A stretch of DNA of 64,000 nucleotides from a virus: IMG/VR virus record IMGVR_UViG_3300045988_117710. One strand, given 5' to 3'. A program made the translations under genes and the position numbers. The notes beneath the pieces are model-generated. The model saw only the letters and a program-made list of their open reading frames with translations, was not told the DNA's origin and ran no database searches. Shown one piece after another: positions 1-8,827 of the stretch; positions within the stretch are counted from its first letter, which is position 1; each line of letters opens with the position of its first letter.

Positions 1-62
1 GTATGGTTCTGAAGTTGATGAATCCACTGGGCAAGAGATTGTTGGTGGAAATATTTGTATAG
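1..62 (+). CDS. 3' end of an upstream gene (partial; stop at 60-62)
   Basis: Open frame 3 runs from the window edge to the TAG at 60-62; too short to assign a function. Confidence 0.3.
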   Translation, partial: MVLKLMNPLGKRLLVEIFV

Positions 63-78
63 AGGATGTGGATTTTAT

Positions 79-1431
79 ATGATGACTATTGGTCAAAAGT
101 TAGAAGATCTTATTAAAGCTTGTCAGGATTATCAGGTTACTCCTATTCCTACAAAGACTAATAAGAAGGATCAGTTTTTATCACCATTTGATGTTCCTGG
201 TAAGACTGTTTCCAAAGATGATTGTGTTAAAGTTTTACAACAATATTTTATCAACAAGTATAAGTCTGAAGGTAAGGATACTTCTAGTGTAGAGTTTCTT
301 ATCAATAATGATTTTTCACCTATGCTTGCTGCTAAACTGTCTGATTGTAAGATGACTCAAGAGGATGTTTTCAACTTAGATGAGAATAATTATATAGCTC
401 AAACGAAGTTAGATGGTAATAGAATTCTTATTTATAAGAGTGCAAACTCTGATGAGTTACATTTCTATAGTAGAAACTTATCAGTTGTTGATTATCTTCC
501 TATTGATTATAAGGATAACATTTATACTAATGTAGATTTTAGTAAACTTAAAGGTATTTCATTTATGGTGGATTGTGAGTTAGTGGTTTCTCAAGTTCCT
601 GATAATGTTATTTTGGAATCTTATGGTTTACCTGTTGATACTACTCAACTTAATTTAACTACAGCTTTATTAAGTACTGAATCTGGTACTGAAGAGTTTC
701 AAAAGTTATATCCACTTAAGTTCTGGTTATTTGATGTTATTATGAAGGATGGTGTAAGTTATTTAGATGAACCTTTATATAAACGTCAAATTGTTGTTAA
801 TGAGATGAATGCTTTATTAGTTGAAGCTGGATTACTTATAGAGCAACCACTTAATAATAGAAAGCTTGGTTTATCTATTCGTGACTTTCATAAGAAGATG
901 TTAATGAATAATGAAGAGGGTTCTATTGTTAAGAGATTGGATGCAACTTATTGTACTAATGGTACTCGTTCTCATAAGGCATGGATTAAACTTAAGAGAA
1001 CTGCTACTGAGTCTTTAGTTGAACAAGGTCTTGGTGATACTATTGATGCATTTATTACTGGGTATGAGAATAAGAAGGATTCAAGCTACAATTCTTGGAG
1101 AGTTGGTTCTATTGAATTGAGTGTTTATTTAACTGATGATAATGATAACTATATTTGTGATGAGAATGGTTATCCTATTAGTAAGGTTATTGCTTATGTA
1201 GGTGGTCTTACTGATGAAGATGCGAAGAATCTATCAATACCGGATGTTAACAATCCTGGTATGTGTTGTTTAGATCCTATGTCATATGGTCGTGTTTATG
1301 AAGTTACTGGACAAGATATTAGTCCTAAATCCAATACTTTAATGCATGCTAAGATTATTAGAGAACGTTTCGATAAACAATCTTCTGATTGTAAGTTGAG
1401 AAAATCTTTTATCGAGAGTCAAGTTATGTAG
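79..1431 (+). CDS. ATP-dependent DNA ligase
   Basis: Nucleotidyltransferase motif I KLDGNR (KxDGxR), motif IV-like EGSIVKR and motif V-like WIKLKR. The size (~450 aa) is typical of phage ATP ligases. The track start at 55 is a TTG; ATG 79 lies 12 nt after an AGAGGA RBS. Confidence 0.8.
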   Translation: MMTIGQKLEDLIKACQDYQVTPIPTKTNKKDQFLSPFDVPGKTVSKDDCVKVLQQYFINKYKSEGKDTSSVEFLINNDFSPMLAAKLSDCKMTQEDVFNLDENNYIAQTKLDGNRILIYKSANSDELHFYSRNLSVVDYLPIDYKDNIYTNVDFSKLKGISFMVDCELVVSQVPDNVILESYGLPVDTTQLNLTTALLSTESGTEEFQKLYPLKFWLFDVIMKDGVSYLDEPLYKRQIVVNEMNALLVEAGLLIEQPLNNRKLGLSIRDFHKKMLMNNEEGSIVKRLDATYCTNGTRSHKAWIKLKRTATESLVEQGLGDTIDAFITGYENKKDSSYNSWRVGSIELSVYLTDDNDNYICDENGYPISKVIAYVGGLTDEDAKNLSIPDVNNPGMCCLDPMSYGRVYEVTGQDISPKSNTLMHAKIIRERFDKQSSDCKLRKSFIESQVM

Positions 1432-1457
1432 AGGATGAAAATCCTCTCTTTTCTTTC
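1431..1457 (+). terminator. Intrinsic terminator hairpin (agaggat-gaaa-atcctct) plus T-run, fused to the promoter motif
   Basis: Perfect 7-bp stem with a 4-nt loop followed by TCTTTTCTTT, read directly. Confidence 0.6.
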
Positions 1458-1464
1458 GTATAAG
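1456..1464 (+). promoter_or_regulatory. TCGTATAAg -10-type promoter motif upstream of the SbcC fragment
   Basis: Member of the recurring TTTCGTATAAT motif family found directly after terminator T-runs. Confidence 0.45.
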
Positions 1465-1665
1465 TATATAGGTGTTACAAACCTAGATATCGGTTGGTCC
1501 TATTAATACTAATACTAACAATCAAAACATTAATTTTAATAAGGATATTATTAAACAAGAGAAAGACAATATTTAGAGGGTACAGATTATCAAGAGAGTA
1601 AAATATAATTTAGATGGTAACGATTATTTAAACTTTAAGAAATTTTAATTAAGAGGTGATACAAT

Positions 1666-2724
1666 TTGAGAGTTAAAGTTAAAGATTTTAATTGTATTCG
1701 AGAAGCTGAGTTTCAGTTCTTACCTGGATTAACTGTATTACAAGGTGAATCCAATGGTGGGAAGAGTTCAGTGTTCAGAGCGATTGAGAATACAATATTT
1801 AATCAGTCTGGGACAGCAAATGTTCAGCATGGTAAGCAGTTTTACTTGGTAGGGATTGAGAATAATGGTCATAAGGTTGTATTCAAGAAGGGTAAAGCTG
1901 GTGGAGTGTATAAGGTTGATGATGTAGAGTATTCTAAAGTTGGAGTCGGACAGGTGGAACAAGTAGCAGACGCTCTTGGGATCCGAGAAACTGTGCTTGC
2001 GGGAGAGAAGATTCGATTGAACTTCTGGAGTCAGATGGGATATCCGTTCTTGCTTGATAGAAGTCCGGGGCAGTTATACAAGTTTATTGTAGACAGCAGT
2101 GAATCGGAGTCGCTTTCAAGCGTTCTGAAGGACATCGCTAAGGACATCAAGGACACCAATGCGAGTATCGTGGCGAACGATAGTAAGTTAGATCTTCTTC
2201 ATTCACAACTTACTACGACCGAGGAGAGACTTCGTGATGCGGAGAAGACTGAGGAAACTTGTAAAGCGATTATAGCGATGGATTCTGAATACAATTTCAT
2301 TAATTCATTGGATTCAGAGATTCAAGCGTTCAATCGTGTATCTACTAATCTTGGAGAGCTTCAAGCTTCTCTGATAACTATTCCGAACCTAGATACTTCA
2401 ACTTTAGATGTGGCTTATCAAGATTATCAAGTTGTTCCTGTGGTAGAGGAGTATCAGAAGAAGTCCCAAGAACTTCATTCTGCTGAGGAGTCTCTATCAC
2501 AAATCAATTCCAAGATTGAAATCATTCAGGATATAGATGATGTTGATATTAGTGTTCTTAATACCATTCAGTCTGCTATTAATGAATATAATTCAGTTAT
2601 GTATGAATTATCCAATGAACACTCTAGATTGGGTGAGTTGGATCTTATGATTGAGCAGTGCAGGGAAGAGTTGAAAGAATTCAAAGTTTGTCCTCTATGT
2701 GGAGGAGAGATTCATGAGGGTTAG
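1666..2724 (+). CDS. sbcC: SbcC/Rad50-like ATPase, N-terminal fragment (Walker A, coiled coil, zinc hook)
   Basis: N-terminal VLQGESNGGKSS P-loop typical of SMC/Rad50/SbcC, then a long coiled coil, ending CPLCGGEIHEG (CxxC zinc hook) followed at once by a stop. TTG start with an AAGAGGTGA RBS. Confidence 0.7.
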   Translation: MRVKVKDFNCIREAEFQFLPGLTVLQGESNGGKSSVFRAIENTIFNQSGTANVQHGKQFYLVGIENNGHKVVFKKGKAGGVYKVDDVEYSKVGVGQVEQVADALGIRETVLAGEKIRLNFWSQMGYPFLLDRSPGQLYKFIVDSSESESLSSVLKDIAKDIKDTNASIVANDSKLDLLHSQLTTTEERLRDAEKTEETCKAIIAMDSEYNFINSLDSEIQAFNRVSTNLGELQASLITIPNLDTSTLDVAYQDYQVVPVVEEYQKKSQELHSAEESLSQINSKIEIIQDIDDVDISVLNTIQSAINEYNSVMYELSNEHSRLGELDLMIEQCREELKEFKVCPLCGGEIHEG

Positions 2725-3031
2725 TACACATGGGAAGAAGAGAATGAGAGAACGAGTTCAATCTTCCCTAACTAATCGAAATGTTAATTCTCTGTTCAAG
2801 ACAGCTTTACATAAGGGTTATACTCCGAAAGCATTTATTGATGGTGACTTCAAGAAGTATTTGATGGCACATTCGAAGAAGAATTCAGTTAAGGTTTTCC
2901 AAGACCATATGTACTTATATAATGGTTCAAGAAAGATTTTGTACACAGTGTGGAAGGTTCCTAACCAATTTCTACCTGTGGAACAGTTTCTGAAGAGAAA
3001 CCAACCGAATCCTAATCAATTAAGTAAATAG
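2714..3031 (+). CDS. Small basic protein inserted within the split sbcC, DUF4258-like (RelE/ParE-like fold family) by recollection
   Basis: MRVSTHGKKRMRERV N-terminus resembles the HAxxRMxERGI start of DUF4258 proteins. Its RBS GGAGGAG lies inside the zinc-hook codons of the upstream fragment. No HNH or GIY-YIG motifs seen. Confidence 0.4.
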   Translation: MRVSTHGKKRMRERVQSSLTNRNVNSLFKTALHKGYTPKAFIDGDFKKYLMAHSKKNSVKVFQDHMYLYNGSRKILYTVWKVPNQFLPVEQFLKRNQPNPNQLSK

Positions 3032-3061
3032 TTTCGTAATTTCAAATGAGAGGTGATTTTA

Positions 3062-3310
3062 ATGAGTAATGATGAATTAGTTACTAGGTATAATAATATT
3101 AAGAGAAAGCAACAAGATTTCGAGAATCAGAAGATTCAAGTGGAGACTTCTATTAATATTAAGAAGACTGAGCTTGAAGCTGTGAAGACAAGATTACAAG
3201 AGTTAGGAGTTACTGATTTTGACAATCTAGATGCTTTTATTCAAGCGAAGAGAGAACAATTTGATAAGACTTTACAAGAGTTGGAGGCGAGGTTGAATGG
3301 TTCAGTATAG
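3062..3310 (+). CDS. sbcC: SbcC/Rad50-like middle coiled-coil fragment
   Basis: Heptad-rich K/E/Q sequence continuing the coiled coil; strong RBS GAGAGGTGA 6 nt upstream of ATG 3062. Confidence 0.55.
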   Translation: MSNDELVTRYNNIKRKQQDFENQKIQVETSINIKKTELEAVKTRLQELGVTDFDNLDAFIQAKREQFDKTLQELEARLNGSV

Positions 3311-3938
3311 TCAACTTAAGTCTGTTGCTGTTTCAAAGCTTTCAGAGATTAATGTGTTCAGAGAGCAGAGAAACAATTTCATCCTATCTATTGAGGATGT
3401 TACTAAGGATAATGATAGATTGAAGGAGCAAATCAATCTTCTTACTGAGTCTTTAGAAGTAGTTAAGGTTTGTATTAATAAGTTGTCTGAAGGACATATA
3501 TCTCATTTACAAGAGCTTGTTAATAGTATGCTTAATACTGTGTTCTATGATAAGAAGTATTCTATTGATATGCAACTTAATGATACAAAGAATGGTAAGG
3601 TTTTAGATTTATTCCTTATTGATTCTACTCTATCTGATGAGGATCCTGTTGTTACAGAGCTTTCTTCTAATGGTGGAGGTTTACAAACTGTTGTAGGGTT
3701 TGTACTTCAGATTTATTTCATTATTTATTTTAAGCAAGAGAGAATTCTATTCTTGGATGAAGCTTTGTCTGCTGTTTCTTCAGAGTATATTCCTACTCTA
3801 GTGGATTTTATGCGAGGGTTAGTAGACAAGTATCAATTTAAGTTTGTAGCAATATTCCATGATACTAGATTTTCTGAATATGCTGATACAATTTATCAAG
3901 TGTCTAATGGCACTGCCAAGTTGGTTACACAGGAGTGA
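3297..3938 (+). CDS. sbcC: SbcC/Rad50-like C-terminal ATPase fragment (signature, Walker B, H-loop)
   Basis: SSNGGGLQT (ABC signature-like), ILFLDEALSAVS (Walker B, D-loop) and AIFHDT (H-loop). Its start overlaps the end of the previous piece in another frame. Confidence 0.7.
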   Translation: MVQYSQLKSVAVSKLSEINVFREQRNNFILSIEDVTKDNDRLKEQINLLTESLEVVKVCINKLSEGHISHLQELVNSMLNTVFYDKKYSIDMQLNDTKNGKVLDLFLIDSTLSDEDPVVTELSSNGGGLQTVVGFVLQIYFIIYFKQERILFLDEALSAVSSEYIPTLVDFMRGLVDKYQFKFVAIFHDTRFSEYADTIYQVSNGTAKLVTQE

Positions 3939-3944
3939 TGATTC

Positions 3945-3982
3945 CAAACACCGAATTAGTGATAATTTGGTGTTTTTATTTC
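3945..3982 (+). terminator. Intrinsic terminator (caaacaccgaatt...aatttggtgttt plus T-run) fused to the promoter motif
   Basis: About 12-bp stem with one G-U pair, followed by TTTTTATTT. Confidence 0.6.
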
Positions 3983-3989
3983 GTATAAC
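3981..3989 (+). promoter_or_regulatory. TCGTATAAc promoter motif
   Basis: Recurring motif immediately after a terminator T-run. Confidence 0.45.
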
Positions 3990-4217
3990 TTATTAGAGTA
4001 TACTACTCTACGATGTCCCAAGTCCAAAAGATAATGACTCGTTGATTGGTTTGGAGTATACCAGTCAAGATAAAACTTGTTCAATCGGTAAGCAGCCAGT
4101 TTGGAGGTAAAGTCTTTGTAACACCTTTCCTCTGTGGAAATTGTTGCTGATGATGTCTAGAAACAAATACTCCATTCTAATTTGTTATTAGATTTTTTTC
4201 AAGAAGGAGGTTATTAT

Positions 4218-5483
4218 ATGGAATTTGAAAAAGATTTAAATATAGATCCATTTGCAAGTACTGATGCTGTTAGTGATAACTTAAGTGCTTTCGATGGAGA
4301 TGAAGCTGAAGATTCTACTGTGTTAGAAGGTTTCAACATTCCTGAAGAGAAAGAATTCCCACATATCAAATTAAATTCTAGAGATTTCTTAAATGCTTTA
4401 GGTACTTGTGGAACTGTTCTTGAGAAGATGAGCACAGATAGTATTTTCAAGACAGTAATGATTCAAGTTGACGGTAAGAATTGTAATTTCAAGGTTATTG
4501 GTCCTGTTTCTAAATTACATTATCATTGTGGTATTATGAATACTAATGATGATTTAATTCTAACTGATACTTTATTCATTAATCACGATTTACTTACTAA
4601 GGTTTGTAAGGTTCTTGGTTCTAGTATTTATATCATTAAGAAAGATGATGGTATTTACTTAAGACTTGTTGGTGGAGACTTAAAGGTTGAAACTGAAGAA
4701 CATAATGTAGAAAGATTTGAATTACCAGAAGGGGCATTAACTGAAATTCTTAATGTTGAAACTGGTAGATTTGGTGCAATGCTATCTAACTTTGAAAGTT
4801 TAGTTAATGCTGCAATCAAGTCATCTGATAAGAGAATATTCTTACACAACAATGGTGTGTATTTTAATGATTTATCTACTTGGACAAAAGCAGAGTTCGA
4901 GGGTATCAACAATGATTTGATATTAAGAGGTGTTGATATTAAGGTATTAAAGAAACTTATTGATACTAGTACAAGTCAAACTGTTGTATTTAATAAGGTA
5001 GATAATAAGTTCAATTATGTTCTTGTTAATACTACTAATTGTACATTTGCTTTTATAGCTGATTCTAATATCTTTGATACTAACTTCCTAGATGGTGCAA
5101 ATCTTGAGTCTTGTGCTGCTAATGGTGTAGATGTTGAAGCGAAGTTACTTAAGAATTATGCTACTTTAAGTACAGTGTTACCTAATGCATCTGAATATTT
5201 AACTTTATTAGTTTCTGATGAGAAATTCTTCAGTGTTGTAGAACAAAAGACTACTGGATTAAGTAAGTTTGCATTAGATATTACTTCTAACAATAAATCA
5301 TTAGATATGAAAACTCCTGCTAGAGTTAATTCTCGTAAATTAGATTTATTATTAGCTGCTCTTAATTGTACAGGATCTGTTAGAGTTTATATGAGTGAAG
5401 ATAATAACTTTGTTTATGTATGTAAAGTTCCTACAGATACTAAAGTCAAGAATGCTGTTTATAGTTTAATTATGAAAGCGTAG
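4218..5483 (+). CDS. Hypothetical protein; possible DnaN-like sliding clamp with an acidic N-terminal extension
   Basis: Strong RBS AAGGAGG. Length and segments such as NYATLSTVLPNASE loosely recall beta-clamp domain boundaries. Weak, recollection only. Confidence 0.25.
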   Translation: MEFEKDLNIDPFASTDAVSDNLSAFDGDEAEDSTVLEGFNIPEEKEFPHIKLNSRDFLNALGTCGTVLEKMSTDSIFKTVMIQVDGKNCNFKVIGPVSKLHYHCGIMNTNDDLILTDTLFINHDLLTKVCKVLGSSIYIIKKDDGIYLRLVGGDLKVETEEHNVERFELPEGALTEILNVETGRFGAMLSNFESLVNAAIKSSDKRIFLHNNGVYFNDLSTWTKAEFEGINNDLILRGVDIKVLKKLIDTSTSQTVVFNKVDNKFNYVLVNTTNCTFAFIADSNIFDTNFLDGANLESCAANGVDVEAKLLKNYATLSTVLPNASEYLTLLVSDEKFFSVVEQKTTGLSKFALDITSNNKSLDMKTPARVNSRKLDLLLAALNCTGSVRVYMSEDNNFVYVCKVPTDTKVKNAVYSLIMKA

Positions 5484-5491
5484 TGATATTT

Positions 5492-6028
5492 ATGGACATT
5501 GGTTATTATATTTTCAATATAGTTAAAAATAGTCCTTTATTACTTATTGGTGGTTACGTATCAGAGTTTAAGAAGATCTGTATGCAATATGACAATCAGT
5601 TTACTGTTTTCTATTTTCGTGAGAAAGCAGATATGGATGAGTTTATAGATTCTAACTCTGGTCGTAAATTCCCTAATGTTTTAGTTATTGAGTTAGGTAA
5701 GAATCTTATTTCTCATGTTGATGGGCTTCTTAAGTTCGTTGAGGATTATCCTGGTCCTTTAATTGTAACTAGTTCACAAGATATTAATAATTTGGTATTC
5801 TTATCTAGATTCAAACTAGAGTTTAGAAAGTCTAAAGAGGATATCAAGTTCTTATTACCAAGTCATAAGAATACTTTGAATGATGGTATTAGTGAGGAAA
5901 CTAAACTTTCTGATCCTATAATCTGGTATGCTTATTCCAAAGGTATGAAGACTTTTATCCCAATGTGTAATACATATTCAAGAGCAGAGAGTGAAGTTCT
6001 GAAGTGTATTGATATTATATATGGTTAG
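5492..6028 (+). CDS. Hypothetical protein
   Basis: ORF with phage-like codon usage; the start is ambiguous (GTG 5483 or ATG 5492). Confidence 0.4.
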   Translation: MDIGYYIFNIVKNSPLLLIGGYVSEFKKICMQYDNQFTVFYFREKADMDEFIDSNSGRKFPNVLVIELGKNLISHVDGLLKFVEDYPGPLIVTSSQDINNLVFLSRFKLEFRKSKEDIKFLLPSHKNTLNDGISEETKLSDPIIWYAYSKGMKTFIPMCNTYSRAESEVLKCIDIIYG

Positions 6029-6040
6029 GCAGGTGAATAT

Positions 6041-7201
6041 ATGAAGAAATTAAGAGTTTTAGAGTTTTTCAGTGGTATTGGTGCTACTCATGTTGCATTT
6101 GATATGTTGAGAGAACAATTAGATGTTGATTTTGAGTTCGTTGATGCTATTGAGATTGATCCTGTTCCTATGGCAATGTATAATTCCATGTTTGGTACTA
6201 ATCATCCTACTCAAGATGTTACTAGGTGGGATAAGTCGATTGAAGAGCTTGGTGGGGAGATAGATATTATTCAACATTCTAGTCCCTGTCAAGATTTTTC
6301 TAACCAAGGTCATGGAGCTGGTGCTGAGAAGGATTCTGGTACACGAAGTTCATTGCTTTGGGAGATGGTTCGTATTTGTGATAAGATTAGACCAAAGATT
6401 ATGATTTGGGAGAATGTTGAAGGACTTTTGAATCATAAGCATGCAGCTGTATTTGAGGGTTATAAAGAAGAGTTAAGACGTATGGGTTATTTATCATATG
6501 TAATTAAGATGAATGCTTCTGATTATGGTATTCCTCAAGCACGTCCTAGGGTGTTCACTGTTTCAGTTCGAAGAGATTTTAGTGATAAGTATTTCTATCA
6601 ACCTGATCCATTTTACAATAATATTTGTTTAAGAGATTTATTAGAGGATGAACCTAAGGATTTTAAATTCCATTGGTATGATTTAGGTGGGAAGCAGTTT
6701 CTAAAGGATAAAGAGGATAATTATTTTAAGAATGTTAAGTTAGAGAGTCAACTTTATTATAAGGGTATTAATCCAGAGTATAATATTTATCCTGGTATTT
6801 ATGTTCTAGCAGAGGTTGACCAAGCATTCAAGTCTACTTCTAGAATATTTAGTCCAGATGGTATTTCACCAACTCTTGATACTAAGTCTGAAGTTAAGGT
6901 TGGTCTTAAGGAAGATTTATATGAGGATAGAGCAATTCGATATATAACTCCTTTAGAAGCATGGAGAATTGATGGATTCCCTGATGAGTATTATTTTAAG
7001 GCAACACAAGCTTGTCATGCTGCTACGAAGTTGAAGAAAGCGGCAGGTAATTCTATTTCCACTGCTCAGATGTATCATTTATTGAAGGAGATTATAATTC
7101 ATTTGTTTGGTGAGGATTATTATAATAGAGATAGATTAGAAGATTCTATTTATTATCTTCCTTACTTTGAAGGTAAAGGTATTTACAAGGACAACGAATA
7201 G
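6041..7201 (+). CDS. DNA (cytosine-5)-methyltransferase
   Basis: Motif I FSGIGA, motif IV SSPCQDFS (PCQ), motif VI WENVEGLL (ENV), motif VIII QARPRVF and motif X GNSIS, in canonical order. Confidence 0.9.
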   Translation: MKKLRVLEFFSGIGATHVAFDMLREQLDVDFEFVDAIEIDPVPMAMYNSMFGTNHPTQDVTRWDKSIEELGGEIDIIQHSSPCQDFSNQGHGAGAEKDSGTRSSLLWEMVRICDKIRPKIMIWENVEGLLNHKHAAVFEGYKEELRRMGYLSYVIKMNASDYGIPQARPRVFTVSVRRDFSDKYFYQPDPFYNNICLRDLLEDEPKDFKFHWYDLGGKQFLKDKEDNYFKNVKLESQLYYKGINPEYNIYPGIYVLAEVDQAFKSTSRIFSPDGISPTLDTKSEVKVGLKEDLYEDRAIRYITPLEAWRIDGFPDEYYFKATQACHAATKLKKAAGNSISTAQMYHLLKEIIIHLFGEDYYNRDRLEDSIYYLPYFEGKGIYKDNE

Positions 7202-7250
7202 TTGTTCTTTTAATTTCGTATATATTACTATAGAGTGCTAAAGGATTTCG

Positions 7251-7427
7251 TATGAGAATTGAAAACGAAAAGATTTATGTAGATGATCATGTTATTGCAG
7301 TCATAGATAAATGTCGTGAGGTTGTTCGAGTTCTTAAGAAATGTTTCCTTAAGGATGTCATAGATTTTGCGATTTCTGATAAGATTTTGAAAGATTACAG
7401 TTGGGAGACTTACTCTCACGAAGAGTA
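7251..7427 (+). CDS. Small hypothetical protein (58 aa, below the ORF-track cutoff)
   Basis: ATG preceded by AAAGGA, read by eye. The overlapping minus-strand ORF 7228-7419 is its antisense. Confidence 0.35.
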
Positions 7428-7446
7428 ACCCTATGAAAGAGTGTTT

Positions 7447-8601
7447 ATGAGTAAAGGTTTTTCTAGATTGAAAGAGTCTATTCGAATGTGCAATTTATCT
7501 TATAAGGACCTTGCTATCACTACAGGAGTTCCAAAGCAATTTATACAAGAGTATATGCGAGGAGCAATAGATTCTGGAACAAGTCCAAGTTATCGAAATG
7601 GTGATTTAGTTGAGGAGTATAAATCAATTCTTTATAACTATTTTGAGAATTTTGTTAAGTCACAAGATAAACTGAAGACTAAACAGACTAAGATGGTAAA
7701 TGAGCATGATTTGGTGGTCAAGAAGGGTGAGTATCATTCCAAATCTTCTTTGGGTGGTGTTTCTTATGCACCACAAGTTTCACCCCATACAAGGGCTGTA
7801 AATGTGCTTGTTTATGATATAGAAGTTTCGCCTTTATTGGGGTGGGCTTATAATCGTTTTAAGACAAATCTTTTAAAGGTAGAGCAAGAACAGATTCTAC
7901 TTAGTTTTTCAACTTTAGAGTTTACTGTTGATGAAGATCATTCTATTTTAGATGGAGATACATCTAAGGTAAGATGTTGGACTCTTGCAGATTTTGATTT
8001 CAATGAAGAGCTTCTAGTTAAGAAGTTGTTTGAATGTTTTGATTCTGCAGATATTATAATGGGTTTCAATAACAAAGGTTTTGATACAAAGTTTGCCAAT
8101 AGATATTTTATTAAATATAATACTGGTCGACCTTCACCATTTAAACAGATTGATGTATTTAAAGAATGGAAGAAGATTGCAAGACTTTCTTCTAATGGTT
8201 TAGATTCTGTTAATATGTATTTGGATGAGAAGGGTAAGACAGATATTAAGGTTGGCGAACTATGGCATGATTGTATTGTCAATAGAGATAAGAAAGCATA
8301 CAAGCTTTTAGAGTCTTATAACAATCAAGATGTAGTTCTTACATATGACTTATTCAAGAGTATTTTAGCATATATCGATTCTTCTGATGTTAATTTAGCA
8401 ACATTGATGCAACATCCATTGGCTTGTCCTAGATGTGGTTATGTTGGTTCATTTGAGGATCATGGTTATGCTTATTCTCAAGTTGGTCGTTATAATCAAT
8501 ATCAGTGTTGTAATTGTGGTTCTATTGTTCAAGGTAGATATCAAGATTCAACTGTTTTACAGAATGATATTTATGTAGATGTACGACCAATACTTAAATA
8601 A
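7447..8601 (+). CDS. DEDDy-type 3'-5' exonuclease with an N-terminal HTH-like region and a C-terminal zinc ribbon
   Basis: Exo I YDIEVS, Exo II NNKGFDTKF and Exo III YNNQDVVLTYD; C-terminal CPRCG...CCNCG. Confidence 0.55.
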   Translation: MSKGFSRLKESIRMCNLSYKDLAITTGVPKQFIQEYMRGAIDSGTSPSYRNGDLVEEYKSILYNYFENFVKSQDKLKTKQTKMVNEHDLVVKKGEYHSKSSLGGVSYAPQVSPHTRAVNVLVYDIEVSPLLGWAYNRFKTNLLKVEQEQILLSFSTLEFTVDEDHSILDGDTSKVRCWTLADFDFNEELLVKKLFECFDSADIIMGFNNKGFDTKFANRYFIKYNTGRPSPFKQIDVFKEWKKIARLSSNGLDSVNMYLDEKGKTDIKVGELWHDCIVNRDKKAYKLLESYNNQDVVLTYDLFKSILAYIDSSDVNLATLMQHPLACPRCGYVGSFEDHGYAYSQVGRYNQYQCCNCGSIVQGRYQDSTVLQNDIYVDVRPILK

Positions 8602-8638
8602 GTTATATATTAAGATATAATAGTTTATGGAGGTTTGA

Positions 8639-8827
8639 ATGGAAGAAAAGTTAAAAACTATCCCAACTAATGAGGATCTTCAAGTTTTAAATCCTGATGG
8701 TATCGAAATTGATATGACATTAGTTGAACAATTCATTAATGAGGAAGGAGATGAATTTGTTCAAAGTACTTTAAATGAAGATTCTTTAGAAGTTCTATGT
8801 GAAGAAGGAGAAATTGAAAATGCCTAA
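8639..8827 (+). CDS. Small acidic hypothetical protein
   Basis: GGAGGT RBS; D/E-rich 62 aa. Confidence 0.4.
   Translation: MEEKLKTIPTNEDLQVLNPDGIEIDMTLVEQFINEEGDEFVQSTLNEDSLEVLCEEGEIENA

Noticed and set aside
55-78. ORF-track start of the ligase at TTG 55
   Set aside because: ATG 79/82 lies 12 nt after an AGAGGA RBS, and the upstream 24 codons overlap the end of the previous gene; the ATG start is preferred.
2725-3061. Group I intron interrupting sbcC
   Set aside because: This could not be excluded or supported by eye. The insert carries its own RBS and ORF, and the downstream exon has an independent strong RBS. That fits a free-standing insertion and split gene rather than a spliced intron. 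RT-PCR would decide.
8610-8625. agatataatag promoter-like element after the exonuclease gene
   Set aside because: An isolated TATAAT with no preceding hairpin or T-run and no TCG context. This is indistinguishable from chance in AT-rich DNA.
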